A stretch of DNA of 64,000 bases from Balanoglossus misakiensis (Eukaryota > Animalia > Hemichordata): positions 8,348,380 through 8,412,379 of the forward strand of contig CM082591.2 in NCBI GenBank assembly GCA_040954595.2, read 5' to 3'. The notes below the pieces were generated by a model. That model worked only from the letters and a program-made list of their open reading frames with translations, did no database searches and was not told the DNA's origin. Each line of letters begins with the position of its first letter. Position 1 is the first letter of the stretch. Below, piece by piece: positions 27,277 to 39,279 of this stretch. The translations under genes and the position numbers were made by a program.

Positions 27277-27982
27277 CAGGGTTCGACATACACGCTGGCC
27301 CACTATCCCGAGTCTAGTAATTTTCGGTAAGGACCAGTAAAATGTTTTTGCCGGTAGTCCGGCGGGATAGTGACTTTCAGACGTAAACACGCTAAACATC
27401 GTCGTTTGTTTTGCCATGATCAGCGTGAGTGAAAGTGGACCGTTGTTCTGTTAATGATCATCACCCCCGTGTATTTTGAACATCGTAAGGCAATGCATTG
27501 AATTCAGCTCTTCCAGCAAGTGGCCGCACTCGCTTGATTTCCTGTGTGTGTCTCTGGGGACGCAAAGAATGCATATGCGTCTTTTCCTAATTTGCATATT
27601 TTGAATGGGTTATCAGTCTGACTGTATGCTTACAAATTGATACATTTAGGTCTGCCTTGACTTGAACGCGTCAAGTGTACAGGTTGTTATGGAAGTTTCT
27701 TTTTGATAAAGCGATTGCAAAGCCAATGTAGATTCAACAAAGATAAATTCCCAGCTCTTATACTTAGTCTTTTGGCCTGTGACAATTGTACATTTGGCCT
27801 CATTTCCAGCATGCCATATGCATACCTCTCAATACATCCCTTTCCAGATTCCCTTTGCTCCGAAAAATGTGAAAATCATGATAATTGTTGACAGGACTAG
27901 CAAATATTTCACAGGACCACTGAATTATACATTTTACTGGTCCTGCGGGATAGTGAACATTTTATACCGGTGTCGAACCCAG
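27277..27982. mobile_element. hAT-like MITE
   Basis: TIR cagggttcgaca / tgtcgaacccag, with subterminal 'gggatagtg' and 'gaccagtaaaatgt' repeats. Only a 5-bp flanking repeat (taaga) remains. Confidence 0.7.
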
Positions 27983-30043
27983 TAAGACTGAGACAAGATT
28001 TGTTGTATTCCTCTGTCTAATTTAGGTCTGCTTTGGGCAAACAGTGCATTGAGTTTATTCTGTGTGACTGTCAGGTCCCCAATACATTAAAATAAGTTTG
28101 GGAATGGAACAGACCATGTTATTTGTAACATCAAGAAAGCTCCTTTTTTGAGAAAAATGATTTCATTTTTCCCCACATAACAATTCCCAGGAGTGACACA
28201 GGTTTCAGTCTTGGTTTTCAAAGTATTCACTGTTCACATTATTGAGACAACTTACTTGTAAGAGGTGTCTTAGTTGTTGATGTGTTGATTTTACATTGGA
28301 TGGCTGTGCTGGCACTGCTTGTTGTTGTTGTTGTTGGGCTCTCTGTTGTTGTAACCTTTGTAATTGCTGTTGTTGTTGATGTTGTTGTCTTAGTGCTATG
28401 AGTTGACTTTGTCTTGCATGTTGATCTTGCTGTTGTTTCAATTCAATTTCTTTTTTTCTGTGCCATCTCTAGATTCTTCTGCAGTGCTTGAATATTCCTC
28501 TGAAAGATCAAACAAAGAAAAGTGTAAACAGTCAAACATTGTCATGTGTCAATCTACCTACAGGTAACATGACTACAGGAGCCTCAGCCAATCCAAGCTT
28601 TTCACTTGTGAGACTATTGAAAACAATTTAAAGCTCAGTAACTCCAACTTAGGGTTATTTCCTCAATAATTTTGTTTTGGTGGTCACCTTTCATTGAACA
28701 ATGAATGGGCAAGTGCTCGCTCACTTCTTCAGTGAATTTCACTGTTTGTTTATCTTATCATAAAAACTTGGGCACCGCAGTCCTTTGGACAAAAATATTC
28801 ATGTGTGGTGATTTAAAATCAATGTTGCAAGAAGCAGAATTAATCACAGGATTAATGGCTTCTGATTGAAAAATACTAAATGCTTAATATGTCATATGTC
28901 ACACACAGAGTGATCACATTAGTCAATTGGACTGCTGTTCCAAAGGACTAAAATGATTGCAACGTTTTAATATTATATTTATTTTACAAAACCTTGCATC
29001 TGAGCTTTACTTTAAAGTACTTCCATTTACTAGTAGTACAAGTACACATCAGTTAACATTGACAGCTAGGCATGACGTCATAGATGTAGGACTTCAAAAT
29101 TGATATTCTGAACAGTGAGGGCGCTCTATCATAGTGGGTTTTAATGAACATGTGTATTTAATTTCATGAATCAGATATATCGATGAAAACTGCGTATTTT
29201 AACATACGCTTATAGTTAATGCATTTGCAGTATCTAGTCATATTACAGTAATACACCAGACATGTTCTTAACTCAACTCAATGTGTGTAAGTTCAATTTC
29301 TGACCATACTCAGATTACCCAAGTCCCTGTGACCAACTATACTGCAAGTATACAGAATTGAACTCCAGAAAAACAAGTCACCTTCAATACTTGAACTGGA
29401 GCCACATCCAAAACTTGACTTTGAGATCTTTTATCAAATCAGTTCTCCTATTAGAATTAGAACTCCCATGCAATTTTTGTGACAGGAGAGAAAATTTAAA
29501 TTGGACACCTGCAATCTGAATAATTTCTTCAGTCCCTTTGGTGTTAGACGGGTTTGACTGTACTTGAAAGTGCAGTTGATATACACAACAAAAATGCAAA
29601 AAAATATAATTGTAGACAGTCAGAATTTTGAGGCTGGGAATCATTTACATAGTTACCAGAGTCAATACTGTCACAGTAGTCCATTTCTCTATGTACCAAA
29701 TTGTAATAAAACATTGCTATGCAGTCATGTTACCCTTCCAAGACGTGAACACGAGGCCAGAGTAAAAACTTGATTGTCTTGTGTATCAACACTATAGTTG
29801 GGACTGACTTTCCACAGCCACATTTTATTGTAAGGTCAGTTTTACACTCAACTTGTATCATGTATACAACAAACTAGATGAGCTCGAGCAGTACTCTGTA
29901 ACCTACTGGCCTCCTTTTTCACATTGTCTGCTTGGAGATGACACCTTATTTTGGAAGTGTGCCCTCTTTATGAAAAAGTGTATAATGTCATAATTCATGA
30001 AGTGTTCTGTTACATGTGTAACAGACAGAAATCAACACAAGTG

Positions 30044-31490
30044 CAGTCAAACCTGTCTATTGTGGCTAGTGAAGGGACTTTCCTAAACTGGCCATTATAC
30101 CTGGTAAAAAAGTCAATTAAGGCCAAAAAAAAAAAAGAGTTTTGTTTAGCGTCCAAGCAAAATCTCAAAATTGATGCGGTGACGCGGCTTCTTTTTTTTT
30201 TTTTTTTTTATTCTGCGAAACAAGAACAGCAAATATTTCTTTAATAGTCCAAAATTAAGGGGGGATTTGGTCAAAGTAGGGGGGAATCATGATTTGCATA
30301 ATTTATGTTAATTAGGTAAACATCAAGGAATGACAATTTTGAACGTTAACTTACTAACTGCCTTCATTCCATATTAAAAACAGCATAAGTAAATTACAAC
30401 ATTTTACATATGAACTTGACACCATATTAACAGTTTTTTCTACTTTAAATTAGTAGATTTTGCAGAGGAAGACACCAGCTTGCATAACTTTCAGGGCATG
30501 TAATTTAAAAAATGCTGGAGAGCTGAAAATAACTTTCCTGAAATTTATTACACAAGTGGTAGGAGAGTGACTGATTAACTGCTCCCCTGGCAAGTAGAGT
30601 GAAATGAATAAAATAAATGCAACTGCAAAAACAATAGTGTCTTTCTTTAATACTATACCTGAGAAAACAATTTCTTGTTTGATTTTAAAAGTTTCAGTTT
30701 TATAGCTACCAAAATATTAGATTGTGAAACCATATATATTTCTTCAGATTTCTGCCTACACTTCCCCATCTGTGGCTAGGCACACTACTCAAATAAACAG
30801 TCCCTATACATATTGAATTACTTTCCTTCCTAAGTAAGAAAACTAAGTCATGGAAAACTGATACATTCTTGATAATCGCCATGGCAGGAACGCAGTTTCT
30901 TTAATTTGCATAAAATTGTTACATTCTGCCAACCCAATTTCAAAAGTCGCCATAACAACAAGTTCACTTGAGTGCAGAGTGTGTGCTCTAAATTTAGACG
31001 GTATCCAGATAGGCTGTTCCAACAATTGCACACTATAGCCCTGGAGCTAAATTACACGTAAATGAATGTGAAAGTCATCTACAACATAGTTTTGGGGGGG
31101 TGGGAAGTTAAAATGTATAGGCCAGCACGCAGTAATATCGGCCGTTTTCCCAGTGTTTTGACTGACGGTACGTGCTATGGAGGCTTGGACGCGCATGTAC
31201 TGGCCGGGTGGGCTGCTCACGAAGGGGCGATTGTCGCCCCCTGAACTTGTTACAAGGGGCGCTTCAAGTGCAAAAGAGGGGGAATCGCGCGATCGCGCGT
31301 CCTGGAGAAAACACTGATTTCCGGGTTCGAAAATTATGAAAAAAAAGCCTCGATGCGCATGTTTAAAAGTGACGCGCGCGAGGACGCTAAACAAAACTCT
31401 TTTTTTTTGGCCTAATGTAGATATAAATTACACAGGGACTAGAATAATGTGGCCACTATATAGAGGTGGCCACTCACAGAGGTTTGACTG
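30044..31490. mobile_element. pogo/Tigger-type MITE interrupted by a Harbinger MITE
   Basis: Outer TIR cagtcaaacct / aggtttgactg-ta. Confidence 0.65.
30121..31412. mobile_element. Non-autonomous PIF/Harbinger element (1292 bp)
   Basis: TIR ggcc(A)n-gagttttgtttagcgtcc / ggacgctaaacaaaactc(T)n-ggcc, with a 3-bp TAA duplication on both sides. Confidence 0.88.
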
Positions 31491-31631
31491 TATGTTAATT
31501 TGTGCCATGAATAGCAGACATTTACCAATGACAGTACAATGTATGATTTCAGTGTCACATATCCGTGTATTAGACACTTACATTGTACAAACACATACAT
31601 CTTACTTTCTCTCCAAATTGTAGATACTCAC

Positions 31632-31741
31632 CAACACGTGTATGTTGAATCCTGGTCTGCAACCACACTGGTAACGGGCTGGTGTGTTGTAACATACTTG
31701 TTGGTATGGCGACCAACCAGCTTGATCGCACTCATTGTCAT
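31632..31741 (-). pseudogene. Degenerate calcium-binding EGF exon
   Basis: DDNECDQAGWSPYQQVCYNTPARYQCGCRPGFN. One Cys is replaced by Tyr and the last Cys is out of frame; ag/gtgag splice sites. Confidence 0.8.
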
Positions 31742-32183
31742 CTGTGGGGAAAACACAAATATCATAAATTGTGTATGAATGAATACATCTGAATTACAGT
31801 TGTCCTTGAGTGCACATTTGAAAATATACGACAAGAGAAAAAAATTGAAAGAAACTTAATAAATATCATCTGGCATATAACTTGGTCATATCATATGTTT
31901 ATCTGTACCAGTACTGTATACTGATGAACAAACAATGTAGTAACCACATTACATTTTACAAGCTAGTGTTCTGCAAGCCAAAAATATCACACACGAGACA
32001 ACAAACTCAATTTTTTTTAAATGTGTAACTTTGGAAAGTGCCTGATAACTTGTATTTATTATTTTTTTTACATGGTGACTCGCTGTAATCTTTGTCACTT
32101 ACAACTTGTTTAAGCGCTCTTTTGAGGCAGGAAATTCCAAGCCATTGTTGGCCTATCCCCTCCCCACTCAAATAAAAACTTAC

Positions 32184-32303
32184 CTAAACAATTGACATGA
32201 TCTGCACTCATAGAGAAACCATCATCACCACAATTACAGCTAAATCCACCCTCTGCATTGAGACAACCTCCAACACAGACAGAATCTGAACACTCATTCA
32301 CAT
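32184..32303 (-). CDS. Calcium-binding EGF exon (120 bp, phase 1-1)
   Basis: DVNECSDSVCVGGCLNAEGGFSCNCGDDGFSMSADHVNCL with ttttcag and gtaagt boundaries. Confidence 0.85.
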
Positions 32304-33143
32304 CTGAAAATAGAGAAAAAAAACATCCATTGTAATTATTCAAGTCAATACCAATCCTCCCTTCCATTAACAATTTCCCTAAAGGGAACAAATTCACATG
32401 GCTTTGAAATTAAGTATTAACAGTGATATTTTAATATTTCTAACGGACACGACTTTTATAAACGTTGAGTCTTTTTGTGGATTTGTAGAAATTATCTACA
32501 AACTGAGCTGTCAGGTCATGGCTGTTTGTGCTTTGGCATGCACACATATCCCAGAATGCCCAACAGGGTTGGCAGTGAAATTGATAAACTCTTGATTTCA
32601 AACTCGTAGATCTCAATAGATTCTCACACTCCTGGCATGCTGAGAGTGTGGGATCAGAGTGTGAGAACAAATCAATCCCACATTCTCACTGAATTGAAAG
32701 CTGTATATGATGCGAGCGCTGATTGGATGACAAAGCGTTATTTAATAACGTGCGCTAAATGTTATCCAATGACGTGATACAGAAACTACAATGTGCCAGA
32801 TGACAGTTCAAGAGTCATTTATTCTATGTTTTAAGACGAATTGGGCTAATTTATGGCCATGTGAGAAATATAATCTCACACACCAAGGTCCTGGGATCAT
32901 ATTTCGCACACTCGTCAGGGATATATTTTGTCCCACACTCGCCTGCAGCTTGTTTGGGACAGAAAATCCACAATTCATGTGAGAGCTATGAAATTTGTAC
33001 AGTCCTATGAACCTAAAACATGAAAAAAAAATGTTTGCTTGTTGGTAGTTTCCCGGAACAATTAAAAACCGCGTCTCCTCATCAATTTTGACATTTTGAA
33101 AGATGCTAAACAAAACTCATATTTTGGCCTTATCGGTAGCAGA

Positions 33144-33246
33144 GTGACGTCATTTTCTGGGTAGCCAGAACTCACTTCCGGCACAGCATTTGGGTGTTTC
33201 ACATTTCTCCGTTGTTGCTGGCTTATCTGTCGACAAGCAAGGTAAC
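33144..33246 (+). promoter_or_regulatory. Housekeeping-type promoter / first non-coding exon
   Basis: CRE palindrome TGACGTCA, ETS ACTTCCGG, then donor-like CAAG|gtaacc at 33241. Confidence 0.4.
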
Positions 33247-34141
33247 CTAAATAAGGGATTTATAAGTGGCCTTGACAGTGACCTTCACATAAGACTTCTT
33301 GACCCTATGACCTTTCATGTGATGAGCAGTTGCCAAAATAACTTTCTCTTTGTGACCAATCCAGACCGAACACTTTTCTATTCTACTACACAGAACAAAC
33401 TAAACGCAAAGTAACTCATGAAGGAAAACGCTGACAAAATCTATGCCTACCAGTAATTTTCAAATCAGGTAACTGCATCTGAATTTATACAAATTAATTG
33501 AATATTGCCTTTGTGGTTGTCTGATGTCAATTTTTAATTGAAGAGTTGTTGTGTTAGAGTTAACTTGCGTGAATTGCTTGCCTTTCATTCTGACAGTCAA
33601 TTATAATTTGAGGATGCAGCTCCCACTTCTAGATTGAAAATATGAAATATTTAAAATATATGTATTTATATTTTAATGTAAAACACTATATCACAAGTCA
33701 TCCTTTCACCAGAGGTGGGCCAAACCGTAAAGGAAACTGTGAACAATCATTCAATGCTCAGATATTTGGATTGACAATTCTACTCTTTGGCACAATATTC
33801 AATTTCAAACATTTTTGAATACAGTAATAAATGCATTTAATATTGCATGTATTAAATTTTGCTATTTTACAATTGGGGCCAGTGGGTGAGCATTTCAAAA
33901 AAAGAAAAGTCACTGTTTGTTCCTTTGATTTGTGTATCATTTGATCCCTGCAACCGTACACTTTCATTGACGAGAAGTGTCAAAACATCCACAGGTCTAT
34001 TCATTGAATGTGAGGTGCAAAGCTAGAAATGGAGATGTTACAAGTAGTGCATGAGCGTCGTATGTGGAAATCTAATGGTTGGAGGCGAGAAATAAAAATC
34101 GCATTGTTTGTTGTTTGCACATGCGCACAAAGTCATTAAAT

Positions 34142-35183
34142 ATGGTGTCCTTCATGTCATTTCGGGAACGATCGCGATCGTCGACGAAAAAAGTTGTTGC
34201 ATCTGTCTCACGAGAGCATCATCTCGTTTTGACAACTGAAAATCGTATGCCAAACACTCAGGGGCATGTTTCGGAGCCAGCGCTGAAGGTAGGAGTGGCT
34301 ATTTGTGCATGACGTGCAAAGCAAGCATCAGAAAGTTTTGCGAGGATCGATCGTTGGACTTCAGCCACTTACTTGACAAAAAAGGCCAGAAAGGTGGAAG
34401 TAACGGACACAGGCAGCATGGGGGACAAAGAATAAAACTGGCAAGGTGGGAGAGTTCTTCATCCACGTCGACGAGTAGCAAGGAAATAGGCAGCGAAGGT
34501 TCCGGCTGTGACTACCGGAGTTGGTTATCTGCGGCAGGTGCATGTGGATTGCTGCCACCCGATGTCATTGTCAGTATTCTCCATCACGTAAATGTCACTG
34601 ATATTGTGAATTTCACATCATCATGTTAATTTTTGAATACATTTCAAGCTGATCCTATAATTTGGCGTCAGAAATTTATTCATGATTTTCCAGAGAAGTA
34701 TGCCACACTGATATCTCATAAGGCAGGCTTTTTTGATAACACCACATCATGGTTTGAAATTTACAAATTATCGAAATTTTCTGATCTCAACCACCAAAAT
34801 GACACACAACAATATTTAAGTCTGATCAAAGCACTGTTTGTTCAAATGAATAATGCTTCACGGAAATTAATGACCTGAAGGAAAAGTTGGCACCAACACA
34901 AAAATCTCTCAGTGATATTTTGACCATGTCACCATCCAAACCACTCACAGTAACACAAGAAAAAATCTTCAAAACTATGACAGTAGTTAACGAAAGAAGG
35001 AGTTTGGATGGAACCATAAAAGCTGTTAGTTCCAGAGGAAGTCCAAAAGTGTATATTGCAATACCCCAGACAGAAACATCATCGATAGAAGCTACAGAAA
35101 GAACAAAAAGAGCCAGGTGTCAGCTGATGGAGAACATTGAAAAAATGCAGTGTGTCGGGTGCATTTTTGATATGTTGTTCTAG
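34142..35183 (+). pseudogene. Intronless decayed ORF: FAM60A/SINHCAF-like zinc finger + F-box + coiled coil + unassigned C-terminal region
   Basis: CCICLTRASSSRFDN*KSYAKHSGACFGASAEGRSGYLCMTCKASIRKF (34195-34338) matches the FAM60A pattern CCICRAKSSSSRFTDSKRYEKDFQSCFGLHETRSGDICNAC. F-box LLPPDVIVSILHHVNVTDIVNFTSSC*FLNTFQADPIIWRQKF lies in the same frame. Lesions: frameshift at ~34192, stops at 34237 and 34627, frameshift at ~34850-34865. Confidence 0.8.
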
Positions 35184-35303
35184 ACACCTCTCCGAAATAT
35201 ATTCTGAAAAAAGAAATTCTGTTGCAATTTGTGGTGGGTTAGGTGCCCAAATCTCGTAGATTTTCTAGACTAATAGGTGATCGTAATATTGATTTGTACT
35301 CAC

Positions 35304-35481
35304 CACAGGACGATTTTCTCCAGTCCAGCACAATCCCCTTCCTCCTGGCTTCATAGGCATAGGCAAACAATACATCACATAGACACTTTTCATGCACAGG
35401 ATATGCACACATATCAGACAAACACAATTCATAGAACGGAGCTGGGTTTACTACACCATGGGCTGGCCGAAATAATGGTCC
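35304..35481 (-). CDS. C8 domain exon
   Basis: GPLFRPAHGVVNPAPFYELCLSDMCAYPVHEKCLCDVLFAYAYEARRKGIVLDWRKSSC with ttttacacag and gtgagt boundaries. Confidence 0.85.
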
Positions 35482-35533
35482 CTGTGTAAAACCAAACAAA
35501 CATAACAACGGATCATTTACAATGAGAAACTGT

Positions 35534-35841
35534 TTAAAGGTGTACGGTCACATATGGAAAATTAGCAATAGTTACCTTGGCAAATTGAGAATTAGCCAAT
35601 CACACATTTTCAGTTGGTGGCACACACGAAAAAAAGAGCGCCACCATATGTTCTCAAATATGCCATTTCGCGATATTGAGAGAGGCCACTGTTTAGCGAG
35701 TATTAATTTTCGCGTTCTCTTATTTCATTCACGGCATTGTTATCTTCAAAAAAAAATATGCAACTTTTTATTTTCATGCTATTTTAGCTCTCGTGTATTT
35801 TGCGAAAACTTATTGCTCGCAAATATAAAGTGTTTTACAGT
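35534..35841. mobile_element. Fused partial Kolobok-type MITE and Tc1-type MITE
   Basis: 35534-35670 is an inverted homologue of 36983-37157; 35670-35841 matches the CTGTAAAACA family. Confidence 0.65.
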
Positions 35842-36109
35842 CGTATTACTAATACATATACACTGTTTTTACTCTAAAACGCTCAAAGTAGAAAAATAGG
35901 CATGAGGAAAAGAGAGACAGCAAGACAGATGTTTGAAGTCTCTTAATTTTCCAGAATTGTCCTGTTTCCTGCAGTGACTTTCCAAGGAATTTCAGAGTTT
36001 GGATTGAAAATTGATAATACTATTACTAATGTTTCAGGAGTTAACACTGTACGAACCCTGATGCGTATATTGAAGACAGACTCTCACATTGTACAACCAA
36101 ATGACTTAC

Positions 36110-36255
36110 ATGAAATCATCACCAGGATTATCATTGAAGTTGCCACACAGACCACAGAGTCTCCCTTTGTATGTACCATCTGCGGTGACCTCTCCAAAAT
36201 GGGAGCCATCCCACGACATGCATACCAATACTTGAATGCACAACCACCATCAACC
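36110..36255 (-). pseudogene. VWD domain exon 2 (frameshifted)
   Basis: GLMVVVHSSIGMHV/WDGSHFGEVTADGTYKGRLCGLCGNFNDNPGDDF; the CGLCGNFN hallmark is present. Confidence 0.88.
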
Positions 36256-36658
36256 CTGTCATGTTACGATGTAAAACAAGTATGTTGATATAAATCAGGT
36301 TATATGTCCATTAAAGCCCTTATAGCTGCCAAATTTCACATATTTTTTCGACACTAAAATACTTCAAATATGTTCCCTGAGCAGAGCTGGTGTAAGAATT
36401 AACACCTCACCGCAACCCACTGTCTATGGGGCCGAGCCTCAGTGCCTATACATAAGAATTGTGTGTGTGGACCCAAGCGACTGAAAGGATTAATGCTCTG
36501 TGTTTACCATAGGCAAATAGTGTCTCAATTTTTTCCCTGTCTGAACCTGGTATATGTCAGCCCTTTGAATGTGGTTACATGTTTTAAGTTGGCTAAACAA
36601 TGCAGACATATCTAGGTATAAAAAGGGTTAAGTTCGACCTAAGATTTGATTGACTTAT

Positions 36659-36955
36659 CTATTTTTTGTATACTAAGATCTGGTTCCTGCAAGTAAGGTA
36701 ATTCTACCAGGCCTCCATTGACACTTACTGTCAAATCTGGCATTAGGTTGATCACCCAATCAACTAGTCTGATCTGAATGACTTGTGTCCAGGCAACAGC
36801 AAAGGTACTCTTGCCATCATTCTGAACTATAATCTTAAAGTTATTCTGATAACAATCTTGTGATAAGACATAGGTACATGTCCCTTGGAAGGAGAAGAAT
36901 TTCCCATCATATGTCCGGTAATGAGGATCTCCAAATACAATACACGGGGCAGATT
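36659..36955 (-). CDS. VWD domain exon 1 (297 bp, donor mutated to AT)
   Basis: SAPCIVFGDPHYRTYDGKFFSFQGTCTYVLSQDC...VELPYLQEPDLSIQKI, ending G|ataagt. Confidence 0.9.
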
Positions 36956-36982
36956 CTGTAAAAAGACGGAATGCAGAAAGAC

Positions 36983-37157
36983 TTAAAGGCATACGCCCAT
37001 ATATGGCTGAAATGGCGTATTTGAGCGTTCTATAGAACAAATGGTGGCACTCTTTTTTACGCTTGTGCCACCCACTGAAAATCTGTGATTGGTAGCTAGT
37101 CCTCAATTTGCCATGGTAACTATTGCTGATTTTCCATAGGTGACTGTATACCTTTGA
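36983..37157. mobile_element. Small Kolobok-type MITE
   Basis: ttaaAGGCATAC...GTATACCTttga ends; homologue at 35534-35670. Confidence 0.65.
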
Positions 37158-37647
37158 GAGTGTCTACCGAAGAATGTTGCTATGATCGCAGCATTGTAAC
37201 AACAGACGTCAAATGTTACCAAAAATTTGTAAACAAATGATATTCAAAGAATGCTTATTATGTACGTAACACATTCTGGACAGTTTTGAGGTCCCAGAAT
37301 CACATTCTGTGTCTCTATTTGGCTACTTTTTCTGATTGCTCACATTTGATGGTTTGAAGGACTTCCAAAGGCAATCTGGCTGGCGTTGTTTCACATAACA
37401 ATTTCTTATATCTCTTGCATTTTGTAAACAAGTCCAAATCCTTAGACTGTTGCTCCCCTTTGAAATCTAGTTTTATCGACTTTGGTAACATTTCCTGGGT
37501 TTATGACACATTTTGATCACATTATGTCTAAATATGGTATAGTATACACCCAGACATAAGTGACACATGTCAGCCTCCACTATGTTTTCGTGTAAACTTG
37601 GCTGTCAGTTTTTAATAACCTCATAATATATTGATAATTAGACTCAC

Positions 37648-39279
37648 TTGGAACACATTTCTGGCAGCATTCACCATCAATATGGCCGATCTCTTCTTCC
37701 TGGAAATATAAACAACAAATGAATTATTACCACAGTAAATACAAATTGTATATCCACTGAGAAGACACACAATAAAACATCTATAGCACAGTGTCTTCAA
37801 ATTTTTAATACTGAGAAACCTGTCTATTAAAGACACCTTCAGGAACAGAAAGACTGTCCTTATTGCAGAGGTGTCCTTAATGACAGATTTCACTGTAATT
37901 GTATAGAAAAAAATTGAAATGTGTAAAATGTAAGTGAATGGAACATCCCTCTTCCATAATACTGAACCTTATAAACGAATGTGCCGCTATTTAGAATTAA
38001 CATATAACAAATTTATCATTTCTGTTCAGAACAGTGATTGTGAATTGATCAATTTCTGATGGACACTTGAATGAAGTACATTTATTTCAGATGCTAAACA
38101 ATTGAGAAAGTTGTTTGGTTTGTTTGGTTTGATTACTACAAAAGGGCTGTCTTGAAAATCCAAATAATGAGAACTAATACAAAAGGGCTTTCTTGAAAAA
38201 AAAACAAATGATGAGAATTCTTTAATATGTTTTATGGAGTTGACCAAGAAACCTCAGTTGATACCCAAAACAAAAATATTCAGAAAACAGCACAAAGTTA
38301 GAGTTACTTGTCCTTTAAAACTATTGCTCTCAGGCCCATTCAATAAAACAAAGCAAAACTGTAATCTGACCATACACTATTGAATTCATGACTGATAAAC
38401 TTACCGCTGTGCAAGTCAAAGGTTGACAGACTTCTTGAACGCAGCTCTCTTTACCATTGAAGCAATCACAGATGTCGCACCCCACATGCCAAGTTTCACC
38501 AGACTGAAAAGTGAAAGTTCAAATTTTGCTGGAAACCCGGTATGCAGATCGTGTGTGTATAATTGGTCTGTCATAATTAACCCTAATGCTACTGGGTGTC
38601 ATACCTGTTCAGAGTCTCAAGTCCCTTAAATAAAATACGTATTTGCCATTTTATCTTCTATAATGTATTTTGACTGTCTTGACATGGCTCTCATACGTAC
38701 CTAGACACACTTGGCAGTCTGAACCTCCCAGAAAATGAACCAAATTGCACTGGTTTGTACTGTATTGGTCTGAGGGTCTTGGATAGGCCCTACTGATTAA
38801 CACGCACTTGGCAGTCTAACAGGCCTGGGAGCCAGGATTCGAGGCACCTTTCAACTGACTTGGCAGCGTTAGTGTTAATTTACATTTCATTATACATTTG
38901 CTGTGCTACACTTATGACCATTCTCTTTACCTCACTCGTATTTCCACTTGGTTTTTTGCAGATTACTTGCATGATAATGCATACCAAACAAATAAAAAGA
39001 GGAGTATGCCACTTGGTGCAAAGACTGGCATAAATTGCTGATGAGCTAACACCAATGGCACAGCTCGTCTTGCATTGTGAAGTCTCAGCAGAATCCATTT
39101 TTGCAGAAAATTATCATATATCTTAGAAATTAAATTGTTACGTGATATCTCCTGCCTTTGTACATACAATAAGATTCCACAGTACATTTTGGACAGCAAC
39201 TGCCATCTGGTAAAATCTGGTTTTCTAGATCACAGTTGATTTGTTCACAATTGGGTCTTTCACAGGTTACCTCTCCATC
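37648..39279 (-). CDS. Terminal VWC exons 39142-39279, 38405-38503, 37648-37699
   Basis: DGEVTCERPNCEQINCDLENQILPDGSCCPKCTVESYCMYKGRRYH | SGETWHVGCDICDCFNGKESCVQEVCQPLTCTA | EEEIGHIDGECCQKCVP; splice phases are compatible through to the VWD exon. Confidence 0.88.

Larger units (their letters stand above)
26202..28499 (-). pseudogene. MED25: Disabled last two exons (28256-28499, 26202-26418) of a Mediator subunit 25-like gene
   Basis: Canonical splice sites. Reconstructed RNIQALQKNLEMAQKK/EIELKQQQ...Q-rich...QLRHLLQ|QQQQQ...LLADDMSLFDILNQ*: coiled coil, LxxLL box and acidic-hydrophobic C-terminus as I recall for invertebrate MED25. Lesions: +1 in an A7 run (28451-28457), TGA at 26317-26319, and a further frameshift. 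Confidence 0.6.

Noticed and set aside
36110-36660. Idea that the two VWD segments come from different genes
   Set aside because: A mutated donor (G|ataagt at 36658) gives a 297-bp phase 1-1 exon that joins the next exon as one continuous VWD domain.
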